A stretch of DNA of 64,000 nt from Trichosphaerium sp. ATCC 40318 (Eukaryota; Protista; Tubulinea), in the NCBI GenBank assembly GCA_038496445.1, contig JALMLS010000423.1:124001-188000 (forward strand), read 5' to 3'. Of the stretch, positions 1 to 13,010 are shown in pieces; position 1 is the stretch's first letter, and each line of letters begins with the position of its first letter. Made by a program: the position numbers and the translations under genes. A model generated the notes under the pieces. It saw nothing but the letters and a program-made list of their open reading frames with translations. It was not told the origin of the DNA and did not search any database.

Positions 1-291
1 TGGATACGAAACAGGGATTTCAACCCTGAAACAAGCAAAATCTATTAAAACACCTCAGCACTTAAGAAAACAAAGATCAAAATAGACGTCAATGTTTCTG
101 ATAGTATTGTTACAGAATTTGCTGGTATTCATACAATTGACCTTACTGGAATTACCAGGATAACAGACAAAAGTACCAAATTACTTTCCGGCATTCATAC
201 TATTAATCTTACATACTATGGCGTCTCAGATATCTATCTTCCAGTATGTAAAGACTTTCTTGTAATTGTTGGGTCGGTGAGCCGTCCGTAA
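1..291 (+). pseudogene. 3' fragment of a frameshifted F-box/LRR paralog, overlapping the neighbouring LRR gene tail-to-tail
   Basis: Reads GYETGISTLKQAKSIKTPQHLR, then after a frameshift TKIKIDVNVSDSIVTEFAGIHTIDLTGITRITDKSTKLLSGIHTINL, ending TAA at 289-291. Same GIHTIxL/ITD repeat as the minus-strand gene; 5' end lies outside the window. Confidence 0.6.
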
Positions 292-1921
292 TATCAATTG
301 AATGTACTCCAGAGAGTGCTTTTAACCCTTCATCTGTTATACTGCAACCTGCAAGATTAATCGAATGTACTCCAGCAAGTGCTTTTAACCCTTCATCTGT
401 GATACTGCGACACCTTCTAAGATTAATTGTATGTACTCCAGCAAGTGCTTTTAACCCTTCATCTGTTATACTGCAACCCGCAAGATTAATTGAATGTACT
501 CCAGCAAGTGCTTTTAACCCTTCATCTGTTATATGGCAATCTGCAAGATTAATTGTATGTACTCCAGAGAGTGCTTTTAACCCTTCATCTGTGATACTGC
601 GACACCTTCTAAGATTAATTGTATGTACTCCAGCAAGTGCTTTTAACCCTTCATCTGTTATATGGCAATCTGCAATATTAATTGTATGTACTCCAGCAAG
701 TGCTTTTAACCCTTCATCTGTTATACTGCAACCTGCAATATTAATTGTATGTACTCCAGCAAGTGCTTTTAACCCTTCATCTGTTATACTGCAATCTGCA
801 AGATTAATTGTATGTACTCCAGCAAGTGCTTTTAACCCTTCATCTGTTATACTGCAACCTGCAATATTAATTGTATGTACTCCAGCAAGTGCCTTGATAC
901 CTTCATCTGTTATTAGCCAACACCATGTAATATCAATTGAATGTACTCCAGAGAGTGCTTTTAACCCTTCATCTGTTATACTGCGACACCTTCTAAGATT
1001 AATTGTATGTACTCCAGCAAGTGCTTTTAACCCTTCATCTGTTATACTGCAACCTGCAATATTAATTGTATGTACTCCAGAGAGTGCTTTTAACCCTTCA
1101 TCTGTTATACTGCAATCTGCAATATTAATTGTATGTACTCCAGAGAGTGCTTTTAACCCTTCATCTGTTATTAGGCAACACCATGTAATATTAATTGAAT
1201 GTACTCCAGAGAGTGCTTTTAACCCTTCATCTGTTATACGGCAATCTGCAATATTAATTGTATGTACTCCAGCAAGTGCCTTGATACCTTCATCTGTTAT
1301 ACTGTGACATTTACTAATAGTAATTGTGTGTATGCCAGTAAATGACTTGAGGCCTTCATTTGTTATATTGGTTTCAATGAGCTCAATTTCAGTCACTCCA
1401 GTAAATGCTCTGGCAACCACATCAGAAATGGAGGTTCCAAAAAGTTTGATTCTTGAGTGTCGGAGAGTACTTGAATATTGTATAGCCACTAGAGCTTGAG
1501 AGGGTCTTGAAATACAAACACTATCATATCCGATAATGTCGTGAATGATAGAAGCAAGGCGATGACATGTCTGGCATGCTGCAATCCTTGCTTTCGTCGT
1601 TTTGAGCAAAATATATGCTAAAATCTCAGTCGGGAGGTCTAAAAGGTCACTTGTTTGGCAAGGCATAATCCTTGGTTTCGTCGTTTTAAGCAAAATATAT
1701 GCTAAAATCTCAGTCGGGAGGTCTAAAAGGTCACTTGTTTGGCAAGGCATAATCCTTGGTTTCATCGTTTTAAGCAAATTATATGCTAAAACCTCAGTCA
1801 GGAGGTCTAGGCCACGTGTTTGCCAAGGCGTAATCCTTGCTATCGTTTTTTGACAAATATGCGCTAAAATATCTATCAGGAGTCCTAAAAAGCTTTTCTT
1901 AACACTACAGTGAGTTAGCAT
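209..1921 (-). CDS. Intronless F-box/leucine-rich-repeat protein with tandemly repeated F-box-like segments
   Basis: ORF 209..1927 (first ATG at 1921). LLDLPTEILAYIL F-box motif repeated; about 17 cysteine-containing LRRs ITDEGLKAL(A/S)GVH(T/S)I(N/D)(I/L)xxCx. Confidence 0.85.
   Translation of the reverse strand: MLTHCSVKKSFLGLLIDILAHICQKTIARITPWQTRGLDLLTEVLAYNLLKTMKPRIMPCQTSDLLDLPTEILAYILLKTTKPRIMPCQTSDLLDLPTEILAYILLKTTKARIAACQTCHRLASIIHDIIGYDSVCISRPSQALVAIQYSSTLRHSRIKLFGTSISDVVARAFTGVTEIELIETNITNEGLKSFTGIHTITISKCHSITDEGIKALAGVHTINIADCRITDEGLKALSGVHSINITWCCLITDEGLKALSGVHTINIADCSITDEGLKALSGVHTINIAGCSITDEGLKALAGVHTINLRRCRSITDEGLKALSGVHSIDITWCWLITDEGIKALAGVHTINIAGCSITDEGLKALAGVHTINLADCSITDEGLKALAGVHTINIAGCSITDEGLKALAGVHTINIADCHITDEGLKALAGVHTINLRRCRSITDEGLKALSGVHTINLADCHITDEGLKALAGVHSINLAGCSITDEGLKALAGVHTINLRRCRSITDEGLKALAGVHSINLAGCSITDEGLKALSGVHSIDITDGSPTQQLQESLYILEDRYLRRHSM
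296..1305. repeat. Tandem 63/66-bp coding repeats (LRR units)
   Basis: Core AACCCTTCATCTGT recurs at 63 or 66 bp spacing with near-identical framework sequence. Confidence 0.95.
1585..1900. repeat. Tandem 81-bp repeats encoding F-box-like 27-aa units
   Basis: KPRIMPCQTSDLLDLPTEILAYILLKTT occurs twice nearly exactly, plus two diverged copies. Confidence 0.85.
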
Positions 1922-2199
1922 GCGCAAATAGACCTATTTTAAACATACGTTTGCTTTTTTGTGGTTAACCAGGATGGCACCTTCCTTTTTAACATCACGT
2001 GAGGCTTTAAGGGTAGTTTTGTTACTAAATAGTTGCGCTAGATAGTCCCGAAGTTTGACTTGACTAGACAAGACTGAGAAAACAAAGCGCGGCGTTGAAA
2101 AAAACTTACCTAACTTTTCGGTCAAATTCGGAATTTGACAGCACAATGCAATTCAAATAACCTAAAAACACTGAATACGAAGTACTGACGTACAGTACC

Positions 2200-3142
2200 A
2201 TGTCCTGGGTTGTTCCTCTTGAAACCAAAGGAGGAAACACATGGTGGGAAACAACAAGCTCTGATGCGTTATTTATAAAGCAAAAATGGCGTCACGCGTA
2301 CAGAGGATACTATGAGAGTGCGTTTGTATTAACTTTTGTACTACAGTACTCAACTATCGCTAATATATTCTAGCATCCGTTACACTCGCGTGGGGGGTAT
2401 TTTTTAGGCCATCTAAGAGCCATCGCATTATTATTAACAGAAAACCGTATTATCAAGTGGCAATTGCCCAATCTTTGCCTGATATTAACCGTATGTGGGC
2501 TTGGATATCATTGAACATAACGCAGAGGTAATCAATTAGATTTGTGATCTGCAAATCGCTTTTGCCCTGTTTTCGCTTGGATAACGTTGATATTTCTACT
2601 AGGCTATCAAAAGATCTAGACTCAGTTGACAGTAATTTCTTACATTTTATCTTCTTAAAATTAGCAAGAACAAGGCACGCGTTGCAAAGTGACTCGAGTG
2701 TCAAAACATGCCATTTACACTCAATACAAAAATACAATGTTAGTTGATCTAATAGCAACGCCTGTTGGAAGTTCTTTATAACATCTGAGCTTGAATAGTT
2801 TACTGTGTCGCATAACTAAATATTTTTGTTTTACCTGCCCACGTGCTCTGTAGAAAAAATCTGGTGCTAACTTTTAGAAATAGGACGCCCAATGATATCT
2901 CACCTCTTCCAGATCGTTTTTTCCCATCTATTATTACGACTGTTGAAAACAGAAAGCAACAACACAAACTTCATGTAGAACGTAAAATACCAGTATGTGT
3001 TATATGCTATACCGACGAGAGTCATTGTGCGTTGAAACCTTGTAATCACGTTGCAGTGTGTAAAGATTGTTCATCATTTGTCAAAACTTGTCCTATATGT
3101 AGAACAAAAGTTCAAGCTGTAGAGCGTGTGTTTGTAGCATAG
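2200..3142 (+). CDS. Multi-exon protein with C-terminal C3HC4 RING finger (putative E3 ligase)
   Basis: Last exon CVICYTDESHCALKPCNHVAVCKDCSSFVKTCPICR; ATG at 2200 (MSWVVPLETKGG) followed by GT-AG introns. Middle exons not fully resolved. Confidence 0.75.
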
Positions 3143-3955
3143 AAACATGATTGTAAATAAATAAATAGTAGAAGACACACTGGATGAAAATCTAGTTCTG
3201 GTTTTTTGTCAGATTAGATTCTAAGTTACCTTCCCACTTTTCTTACATTTTTTCTACGAGTTTGTCTGATCTATCAACAAACGCTTAACCTTCAGTGCCA
3301 TGCTCATTCGTGCTATCACTTCTGTAAGAGCCTCCTATGGGAAAGCCAAATAACAAAAAGCCGAAGAAAAGAGGTAAAGCTTGTATAGTTTCCGAATACA
3401 TAGTCACTGTCAAATCTACATGCCATTCATAAAAGCGTGTACGTTCCATTTTTTTCTAGTTTCTAACAAAAAATAGTGTTCGTAGTTGTTTAAAACATAC
3501 TTAATTAGGATGTATGAGTAGCTGGTAAACTCATTATTGTATTAAAACGACAGCTTTATAATTATTAAGATACAGAAATTTGAACTTTTTTAATTACTTT
3601 TAAGTTTGTTCGCTACCGCAAACGCACCCATTTAATAACCCATAAGCTACGCTTAGTATATATTCTTTGTTCAATTGATTCATGCACTACAATAGAAAAC
3701 CGTGCCTGATCGCTTTGGCGTGGCATCTTTTTTTTTCTACCACTTGCTGTGTTGTGTTAGCTTGTGTACTCCATAAACAGTGATTTTGCGGCTATTGTTG
3801 ACACACAACAAACGGAGCACAACACAGAACGCAGGTCCGATCTAAAAAATACGAATTCTTTGGTGAAATCTCGGGCCAAGTTATGCAATCTCGGATTGAA
3901 TGAAAATGTGCATTACAGGTTAAGATTGTATCATCACATCAAAACTCCAATAACA

Positions 3956-5205
3956 ATGTATCTACGCCCACTTCTCCTTTGTTTCTTGCTTTCATCTCTT
4001 GTATTATTATCAAGAGCTCAAACTACAGCTGTTGTAGCCTATTACCTAAATAGCGGTACCAATACTGTTCAACAATTTGATCTGGAGTCTGGAGCACTTG
4101 TTGGCTCTCGTAAGTTGCCACTTCTTCTGCTTATGTATTAACAACGTAATATAGCGTGTGTTTCCACGGATGACTTCCTTACTTCTGTGAGTGCGTAATA
4201 GCCAAGTGTTTTCTATTTACAAACATCTTTTTTTTTTTTATCTCTCACGTGATCAACCAGGGGATTGTTTTAAATAGTTTGTAGTTTTCAGTCTTTTTTT
4301 AGCTGTACATTCCTTTTGTTACCCCTCCAACCACACGAGGTTTTTCTACAATATATTAACTCATTAGCATATCTGCAAAATGGCAATATTGCTGTAGCTT
4401 ATCAGATTTTACCTGATGATTTTGGTGCTGTACAAACTTTGAAACCAGGAAGCTGCACCCCCGTACGTTAAAGACAAAGAATCTACTATTATTAGTAACG
4501 CAATATTGAAGATAGACGAATGCCGTGAAATGGGCATGAATGGCCCAAACACAAACATGAATATCGATCCTATAACGGGTACCATGTATGGTACCATAGA
4601 CGACAGTGTTTCCGTCAATTCTTTCACATCAATGTGTGAAGGTACTCCTATATGTTCACGTGTTGTAACAGGACCCCCAACTGTGGCTCCAAGTGCGGTT
4701 ATTAAAAAAACGTGTTTATTTTTGTTTACCTGTTATCTTCTAGCTGTTGTAATTGGTCCACTATCATACATGGGATATGGCGGTATGATTGTGCGTTCTA
4801 GGTTAGCAGAAAATCCACCCGACGAGTGTCCAACTTTTGGATCAGGAATCGCAACCTCATGTACCAACATTAAAGGTACAGAACCCTTTTTTTGAGATAA
4901 CTCTATAACATTGTTTTACTAGGAATGGCTGTATATGATAGCACACACATCCTTGTTGTTTGTGGATCAGAAGAAATGGGAGCGTCATATATGTACAATA
5001 CAAATTCTGGAGCTTTGACAGCAAGTGGATTTGCTCAGATACCAACTCCAGATGATATGGTTGGCTTGTCTATCACACCATGCAAACCGTACCTTTTTAA
5101 TACTTGTGTTTTCTTTTCATCGCATTCTTACTTTTTTCTAGAAGTCAAGTTGATAGTGCAATGCGTATAGCTTTACTTTCAGGTTCAAGTGGTTATGGCA
5201 AATAA
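3956..5205 (+). CDS. Multi-exon secreted protein of unknown function
   Basis: Signal peptide MYLRPLLLCFLLSSLVLLSRA; several exons bounded by GT-AG; spliced last exon ends SGSSGYGK*. Confidence 0.65.
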
Positions 5206-5409
5206 CATAGTACCTACAGTCCAGGATTAAATAAAAACTTGAGTGGTTCTTTTTTTCAAAACGTACCTCATTATTTGGCGCAATCCCTTTGGATCGCCTT
5301 TGTCTATACATACAATTGGGGAGATGTCTTTCCAGTATAAAATTTATTAGTGGCGGGGACTTTAGCACAGCTGTAAAGCTGCACACCCTAGTGTGATAGT
5401 TTGATGCAA

Positions 5410-5585
5410 ATGTGCACTATGTGCCAAACAAATTTCAGGTCAAAAATCCATCTCCGGCTACTTCTCCTTGTTGCTTTCTTATATTGTATTATCAAGAAGC
5501 TCAAACTGGAAGCCTTACATCTGTAGGCTACAACGATAGAACGTTTCATCGTTTTGCGTTAGAGTCTGGTACAGTTCTATTCGTT
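5410..5585 (+). pseudogene. Degraded partial duplicate of exon 1 of the 3956 secreted-protein gene
   Basis: CTTCTCCTT...TTGTATTATCAAG(A)AGCTCAAACT...GAGTCTGG parallels 3960-4110 with indels and no intact reading frame. Confidence 0.5.
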
Positions 5586-5889
5586 CAAATCCCACTTTTT
5601 TTTTTCCCCCAACCCCACAGAATGAGCTTACGTTGCATTTCGCTTATAAAATGAGCAGTTTCAACACGTGGGAAACAGTAGAGAATTTGAACGAATAGAA
5701 CTGTATCTAAATTGGCGGGTGTACGTTCGTTCTTTTATAATTTCTTATCTTGTCATAGAATAATTAAACATGTTAAATTATACTTTCCCTTTGTGAGTAA
5801 CTTTGAAAATGGTTTTGTAAAGTTATGTTTATTTAAATAAAGTTGTTTAGAAATATCTCTTTTTTTTTATTTTGCAGGTTTAAGCGTCC

Positions 5890-8800
5890 TTAACTAAAAT
5901 TGCCACTACCAGCTTGATAACGTAAGCTTTGAAGTTTTTCATTGAAACTTTGTTCCATCCTTTCCATACGTAGTAGAATTTGAGCGTTCTGTCTTTCAAG
6001 TATTGTAGTCTTGAGTTGAAGAGCATCAACCTTTTCTTGAAGTCTATAAAAAAAATCAAAATCAAAATTTAGCTGCTTGTGGAACAACATCTGAGCCAAA
6101 ACTCTCAGTAATAGGAATAGTAAAAATATTAAACAGACTGAATACGAAATATCAATAAATAAACCAAAAGTAATCGACGTCTATAGAACAAACTGACACG
6201 TGGTGGATTTTTTTGGATTGTTGAGTTTTTGTTTCTTCAAAAAAAAATGGTAGTGACGTACTTTATTATCTCCTCCTCATGTACTCTGGAAGATTTTACT
6301 GTTTTTGCAATCAACGTGTCTGCAGATGGCAGATTTTCACGTGGCACTTTACCTTTCTTTATGCTGAATGTAGCCTAAAACAAAACAAAAAAATAAGTCC
6401 GTTTACATCACAACGTCAATACTTCAGTCTGTACTTTGCTTCAAAAAAAATGGTTGAAGGTTGAAGCTTACAAGCTCAGAGTGATATTATAATGAGTTCT
6501 CCAAGTTCTTTTTTTAAGAGCGAATGGAGGAACACAAAAAAAGGAGTATAGCACGTACTTTGCCTTTGATGCTTTTGGTTGATGACCCAATTATTGCCAC
6601 ACCACGTGCAAGACCACCACGTGGTGATTTCTTATTATTGATATCACTTTGATTATCATTCTCAGTCTTCTGTGGTATGTAAATAGTACCAGCATCAACA
6701 TCATCAATGGAAGTGCAGAAATGTTTCAATTTTGATGTCAAGTTAGTTAATTTATCTAACTTCGAGATAGAAGCAGGTGGTGTTGAAGGACCTTTGATGT
6801 ACTTGCCTAAAAGGTCGAATAGGTTAGACTAACCCAAAACTATATTATGTTTAAACAACTTACGTAATTGACGGACTTCTATAACTGTTTTGGAGCATGC
6901 TTGTTCACCTTCTTTGTCGATAGCAAATCCGCAAAAAATAAACGCTTGTTGTTCAGTGCTATTAAAAAAATGAGCTTAAGCGTCACTTCTTCATTTTGCC
7001 GTTTCGTACCATATTACAGCAGCGCTATTTCTCGCTGGCAAAGGAATAGGAACATCAACAAGAGTCCATGCAGAAAGTTCTAAGAAGTAGAAAAAATAAG
7101 AAAAAAGAAGGAAAAGTACACGAATTATCTTTGGTTATTGTTGAGTACCTGTATTAAACAATATGATATCATTGTAACTGTAAATAAGAAATGGGTGTTA
7201 ATAATCTAAGATACACAACAAGAAGTTCACATACGTTCTTCCTTCGCCATGACCTCCATAAAGAAGAATATGTTTACCAAAACGAGAAATTGCCATTGAA
7301 TGACGCATTCGAGGTACATGACCACTAGGTACGACATTATACCAATACTCCTCCTCTGAAACAAATATGTTAATACTACGTAGAAATCAATGATAGCGTA
7401 GGTACGCACTGAGGTCATAATAATGGCCATCATTAGAACAAGTGTTTCTCTCTGAAGCTCCGCCAAATAGAAACAGCTTCTTTCCGTTGTCAGTAGCCAT
7501 TAATAGCGCTGAGTATCTAGGTAGTGGGAAGCTACCATTACTTGATAGTTCCTTCCAAATATGTGTTTCTGTACAAGAGACCAGCGTCAGAAATCAAGAA
7601 GTTGGGAGGATGTAAAACACTTACCTGTATCAAAGCAATAAAGATTTCCATAATTTTCTTGTTTTTGCGGATTCTTCCTAGAGTAACCGCCAAAGATATA
7701 CATACATTTACCAGATTTACAAGCTGAATGAAAAGCGCGACCATGAGGCATATCTCCTGTACCAGTGACACGTGTAACAACAAAGGAATCTAAAAGACAA
7801 TCAACAAAAATCTTGTGTTAAAAAAGAAAACAAAAGTCAATGCAAGGTCAATTATTTTGCACGTGCTTGTGTTTAGCATGTATAAAACATCTGAGAATGA
7901 CTCATCTTTTCTTTTACCACCAAATATATAGAGAGTATCACCTATATGAACAGAAGAATGTCCAGAAAGTGCAGGCATTGCAACATCTCCTCTAATTTTT
8001 TTACGACGCCATTTGTTTGTATCTAGTCGAAAAAGTAAGTGATTGTTGACACTTTCTCTTATGTCACATACCAAGATAAAACAGGTATAAATCAGAGAAG
8101 TAAGAGTCTCCATCGAACCCTCCAAATAGAATTACTTTACGACCTACAAGATTACACGTGTGATGTGCTCTGGACACAGAAGTTAAAATACGATTCATGT
8201 GTAAGCTGAAACTGGTACTCACCTCGGCCTAGGACCTTTTGAAGTTACATGCTCGATCCAATATTTACGTAACATCTTACTCTTAAGATCAAGTATAAGC
8301 GTAAGGAAATGATCCCGTTGTCCTCTACAAAGACTTTAATTTTGAAGTAAAAAAAAAATCGTATAGGGATAACAAAAAACTCGCTTACTCTTCTGCGAAA
8401 CCAAAGACAAAAGATTCTCCAGTCATATAACTAAGTTTAGCAAAAGCTTTAGACTTGGATTCACCTATTTAATAAAAGAATAAGTACAAGAGAAAGCCGA
8501 AAATGAGTTGAAAAATCCTTCATACTTCCGGAACATTTCTCGACTTTACTGTGCTTTATAAGGAACAATGCTTGAAATCCTAGGGATTGTTTTCTTCTCA
8601 TAGTCTTATTTGCAGTAAAAAGAAGTAAATCAGACCAGATAAACACGTGAAAAGAAGACCCTGATTGACCTTTAATACATCTTATCTCCATCTCATCCAA
8701 TAACTGTCTACCATTCTTTACTAACTCAACCTTGTTCACAAGTCAGAATATATAGATGTTTGAAGTAAAGACATGATAAAGACAAAAGGCTGCTATCATG

Positions 8801-11572
8801 AGAAAGTGTACGTACAGTGCCAGGGTATCCAGTTAGTGTCTTAGCAACTTTAAGACCAAGTTTTGCTGTATCTGAAAGTTGCTTGGAGCTGTCAAGTTGT
8901 GTTGATACTTCTTCCATTTTAGAACACGCATTTTGCAAGTTTTCATAATCAGGATGGTCTGGTGATGTACGTTTAAGTAAATCTTTGATAAGAAGAACAA
9001 GTCGAAGAGGTCTTTGGATAGGCATGATAAGAAAAGAAGCATAATCTAAGCCTTTTGGGTCACTTTTGGTCGCCATCAACTACAACGCCAAGTTAGGTTT
9101 TTACAACGCGCTATTAACAAAAAACAAAACAAGCTATGTAAAGCTGCCACAAAAGATCCATAAAATGACTAAAGGGTGCCGTCACAGCCTTAAATTTCGA
9201 GTTGAATTCAGAAGTGTACTTTTTCTATTGCTGCGAATTCTTTGTTTTTCCTCTGTAGCCTCTTGTAAAGTAGGTTTGCTTTATCAAAGTTATTCACATA
9301 AGTCTTATACAACTTGAAAAATTGGAACTAAGTGAGAAGTCAGTAAACAAACCCAATCACAGTGATAATGCTGAGAAGCAAAGAAAAAAGCACGTGCATA
9401 TTTTAAGAAAACTTGACCAATTTTCGCCTCTGGTGTCCAGTTTGATACAATAGTCTCAATCTAGAATTATATCTGTTTAATGCAGTAACAAAGTATTGTA
9501 AATCCGTACTTCTGGCATAAAATGATGTTGATGGAATTGAAGAATTGTTTCAATGTTAGCAACTAACAAAGGTTGGCAAAAGTTATTAAATTTTTTAACT
9601 ACGTACACAACAACGCCTGATCCTTTTCGTCAATTATGCCCTTTAACGGTTTAATACCTTCCTAAATCACAGTTATAATCATTGAACGCTAACATATGAT
9701 CTTACTTCAACAAGGTATGTAAGGAACTTGATGTATTGCTAAAGCAAATGTTACTATCTGATTAATAAAAAACCCGTTATTACCTGCTCTGTGCTCAGTA
9801 GTTCTTGTGCTACACGAGCCACCTTTTCTTCTTTTGCGCTATTACTATTCTTACTACCTTCTTCGTCTTGACAAGTATCATATTAAGTCAGTAAAAGAAG
9901 ATGAACAGATCAAAAAAACTAACCATCAGCATCATCCTTTTTCACTTCAAGTGTATCCGCTTTACCCTCTTTCTCCCACCTAATATGCCTTTTTTGATTT
10001 TTCGCACGTGTTGTAGGAGACTTTGAAGACACAGAAGATTTTTTAGGTGCATCAGGCTATCATTGTGGTGAATGTCATGGTAAAACGCCAAAAGAAACTG
10101 TACCGATCCTTTTTTGTCTCTTATTCTCTCACGCGATTTAGATCTTTTAGGACCTTCTTTGTTCGCTCTTGGTTTTCTCGATTTCGGTGATAACGCAGAG
10201 CCTGCTCTTTTTCTTCTTCCATTATTAGTTGATCTTGCAGGTTCTAAGGTAGGAGGTTTATCAACTTCAACACGTGGAGACTCTTTATAGTCATCACTGT
10301 CATCATCATTGCTTTGTGCTAACTCCTTGGCTTCAATATTAGTTTCTCCACCCTCTTCACCTTGATTAAAAGCATTGCCTCCCTTATGTAAACGTTAGTA
10401 CGTCCTGTAAAGTGAAACATGACAACAAGACATTATTACATGACTAGTGTTACGTTGTTTAGGCTGTACCCTGCCGCCTATCTCCCATTTAAATTCTTTT
10501 TTTTTAGGTTCAACGGCTGCAGTTGCTTGTATTTTCTCGTGGAATGCTGTGAATATTTTTAACTTATCACGAACTTTTAGCTTAGACAAATCTACAAAGC
10601 AACATAAGAACCGACAAAAAGTAGAAAATAAAAGAACGAAAAAAATTTATCACGTGATAATTAAAAATGTTTCAAAACAAAAAAACAAAGCTAAGGATAC
10701 CATCGTATATGTGGACAGAAGGCTCGTCTGAGCGTGTTTTTGCAACTGGTTTACGTGTTATTTCCGGTGTGTCCATATCCGCATAATTCAATAAATCTTG
10801 TTCTACGCAGGTACGTGAATAATGCATTCCGATATAAAATGATAGTTGACATAAATTTCTAAACTAAGCATGTAATTGCGCACCCAAGCTACGTCTTCTG
10901 GCTTTACGTATTTCTTTTAGACTTGCTTTGTCCTTCTCCGCTAATTTATACAATAAGCAAACAACCGAAAAACTCGAAAAACATGCAAAAAAGAACGAAC
11001 AAAAAAAACAAATACAAAAAAAACATTTTCGTAATTTTTTTTGCGTTTTTTCGGTAGGTATATCACGTGTTTTAATAAAAACCGAAATAATTGTTAAAAA
11101 TGCCGAAATACTTCTCAAGAAAATTTCTTATCGCAATAAACAATATTTCTTGGAGCCACAGAGGAAGAAATCTGCTCGTTTGGATTTTGAGATAAAAAAA
11201 AAATACCGAAAACTCTTTTTTCTGTGTAGCCTTTAAAAATAGGATGTTAACATTCCATACCTACTACTGGCATCGATTTTGCTTTTGATTTATTATAATG
11301 ATCGTATTCTTCATCGTTAAATTCTTTCTTCTCTTTAGATTGCTCTCCTACGCTTGTAGGTTCATTTAATTCATTATAACTATCCGAATCGCTACTGAAG
11401 GTTTGGTCATGAGATCCATTGCGTTCTGCGGCTAAATCTTCCTCTCTACTCCCCTCAGATGACTCTTCGAAGTCCTCGCCGTATTGAATTGTTAGTTCAT
11501 CGTCAGCAGCACGTGCAGCCTCTGTAAATGCTTAGAAAACGTTACAAGTATGCACGTACCCATGTCTGCCAT
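5890..11572 (-). CDS. RhoGEF (DH-PH) protein with Kelch repeats and C-terminal coiled coil
   Basis: DH motifs (LDYASFLIMPIQRPLRLVLLIKDLLKRTSPDHPDY; GQVFLKYFQFFKLYKTYVNNF), PH exon (FHVFIWSDLLLF), Kelch exons (GHSSVHIGDTLYIFGG; PHGRAFHSAC). ATG at 11572; about 25 introns including two GC-AG. Confidence 0.85.
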
Positions 11573-11896
11573 GTTAAACCGCGTATAGTACTAAAAGTAC
11601 CGCGGAAGGAATGTGAACGCATCCATTTGTTCCCTTTGCGGACTAAGCACTGTGGAGTCGCTCACACTTGCAACAGCGCATTGTTTACGAGTATCAATGA
11701 GCTATAGCAGTGTTGCATAAACATAAGCAATTAATAGGGCACGTATAGCGATTCTGTGACTTGCAAACGCAGAACAACAGTGTATAGAATAGCTATAGAC
11801 TGTTTGTACACAAATACTACAAAATATATACGAGCTACGTCTCCGTCGGTCCACGTGGTTGAATAACAGAAAATCCCACAACCGCCTTTTGTTAGC

Positions 11897-12723
11897 ATGA
11901 GCTTCTTCAGTGATCATCAGAGTGCGTATTTGTTGCAAATTAAGCATAATACTGATTTTTAAAAAGAGATTGGCGTTTTTCTCACGCTAGTGGGTACCCT
12001 TTTTACCTTCTTGGGTGTTGTAATGTTTTTGGATAGAGGTTTTTTAGCAATTGGCAACGTACGCAATAATTGGTATTTAGACGCGCTACGACGTTGTTTT
12101 TTAAGTTTAATAGCGCGTTTTACAGACTTTTGAGAGTTCCGACCTTTTTTTCTCGTGTTAATACGCTTCCTTAGCTCTCTTTTCTGTCTGGAGTTACACT
12201 ACTACTTGGTGTGAACAAGACACTACGATTTTTTATGCAGAGAAGAAAGATAAAAGGAACCTTGTGTTTCCTTGGCGGAATATTACTCGTTCTATACGGT
12301 TGGGCACTTGTTGGGTTAGCAGTAGAAATATTTGGATTTATTAACCTCTTCGGGTACGTAAAAACACAACTGAGCAGAAAAGCACGCTCACACAAAGCCT
12401 TTGAAACAAGTTTTACAATGACACTTATTTTTTTTTCCTCAATGCATCTGTATTCACTCTCTACACGCCAAAACAGCGTTTAGAGTAATTGTGGTACTTA
12501 TTTAAATCCTCCAGTTGCTCTTTGAAGTGAGTTATTCGCTTATTTCTTTCTTTTAGTGATTTTTTCCCTCAAATCCTACCTTTTGTACGTCGTATACCAT
12601 ATGTTGGCCTCATATTCGACCTACCAATAATCAAGCAGGTACGTATTGATTGTATAATAGTCTTTAAGGTTTTTATAGATTGCAGACCGCATTGTACATA
12701 ATGGAAGTGGTTTACCCGTGTAA
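11897..12723 (+). CDS. GOT1: Vesicle transport protein Got1
   Basis: Spliced product MSFFSDHQKIGVFLT...MFLDRGFLAIGN LSFLSGVTLLLGVNKTLRFF...KIKGT...EIFGFINLFGDFFP...LPV* matches the Got1 family signature. Confidence 0.92.
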
Positions 12724-13010
12724 ATAAATAATAAACAACAAAATACCTCTTGCATTCCATGACTACACTAATCGAAACGGGCATTCCACGTTGCAAGCGT
12801 TCTTCATTTCACATTCCTGGTCCTATCAGCAATTCATAAGGTTTACCTGTTCTCGTAGTGTTGTTTTCGTTCGATGTGCAAGTCAGATGTGTCAATCTTG
12901 GCAATACAGGTCAATTGCTTTATTTCTCTCTATCACTATCCATAACAGCAGTAGGTAACAAAACAGTAGCGCTCTAATTGATTAGAATACCGGTTTACCT
13001 GAAAGTACAG

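Noticed and set aside
296-1305. CRISPR-like regular repeats
   Set aside because: In-frame coding repeats with recurring variable parts, no unique spacers, no cas genes, eukaryotic context.
399-1307. 302-aa plus-strand ORF
   Set aside because: Antisense shadow of the LRR tandem repeat; it is stop-free only because the repeat unit is.
3740-3755. 16-nt match CCACTTGCTGTGTTGT also at about 40750
   Set aside because: Similarity does not extend convincingly; insufficient to call an element.
10942-11261. CCGAAA-rich intron with short inverted repeats as a MITE
   Set aside because: Low complexity; no clear terminal inverted repeats, target-site duplication or second copy.
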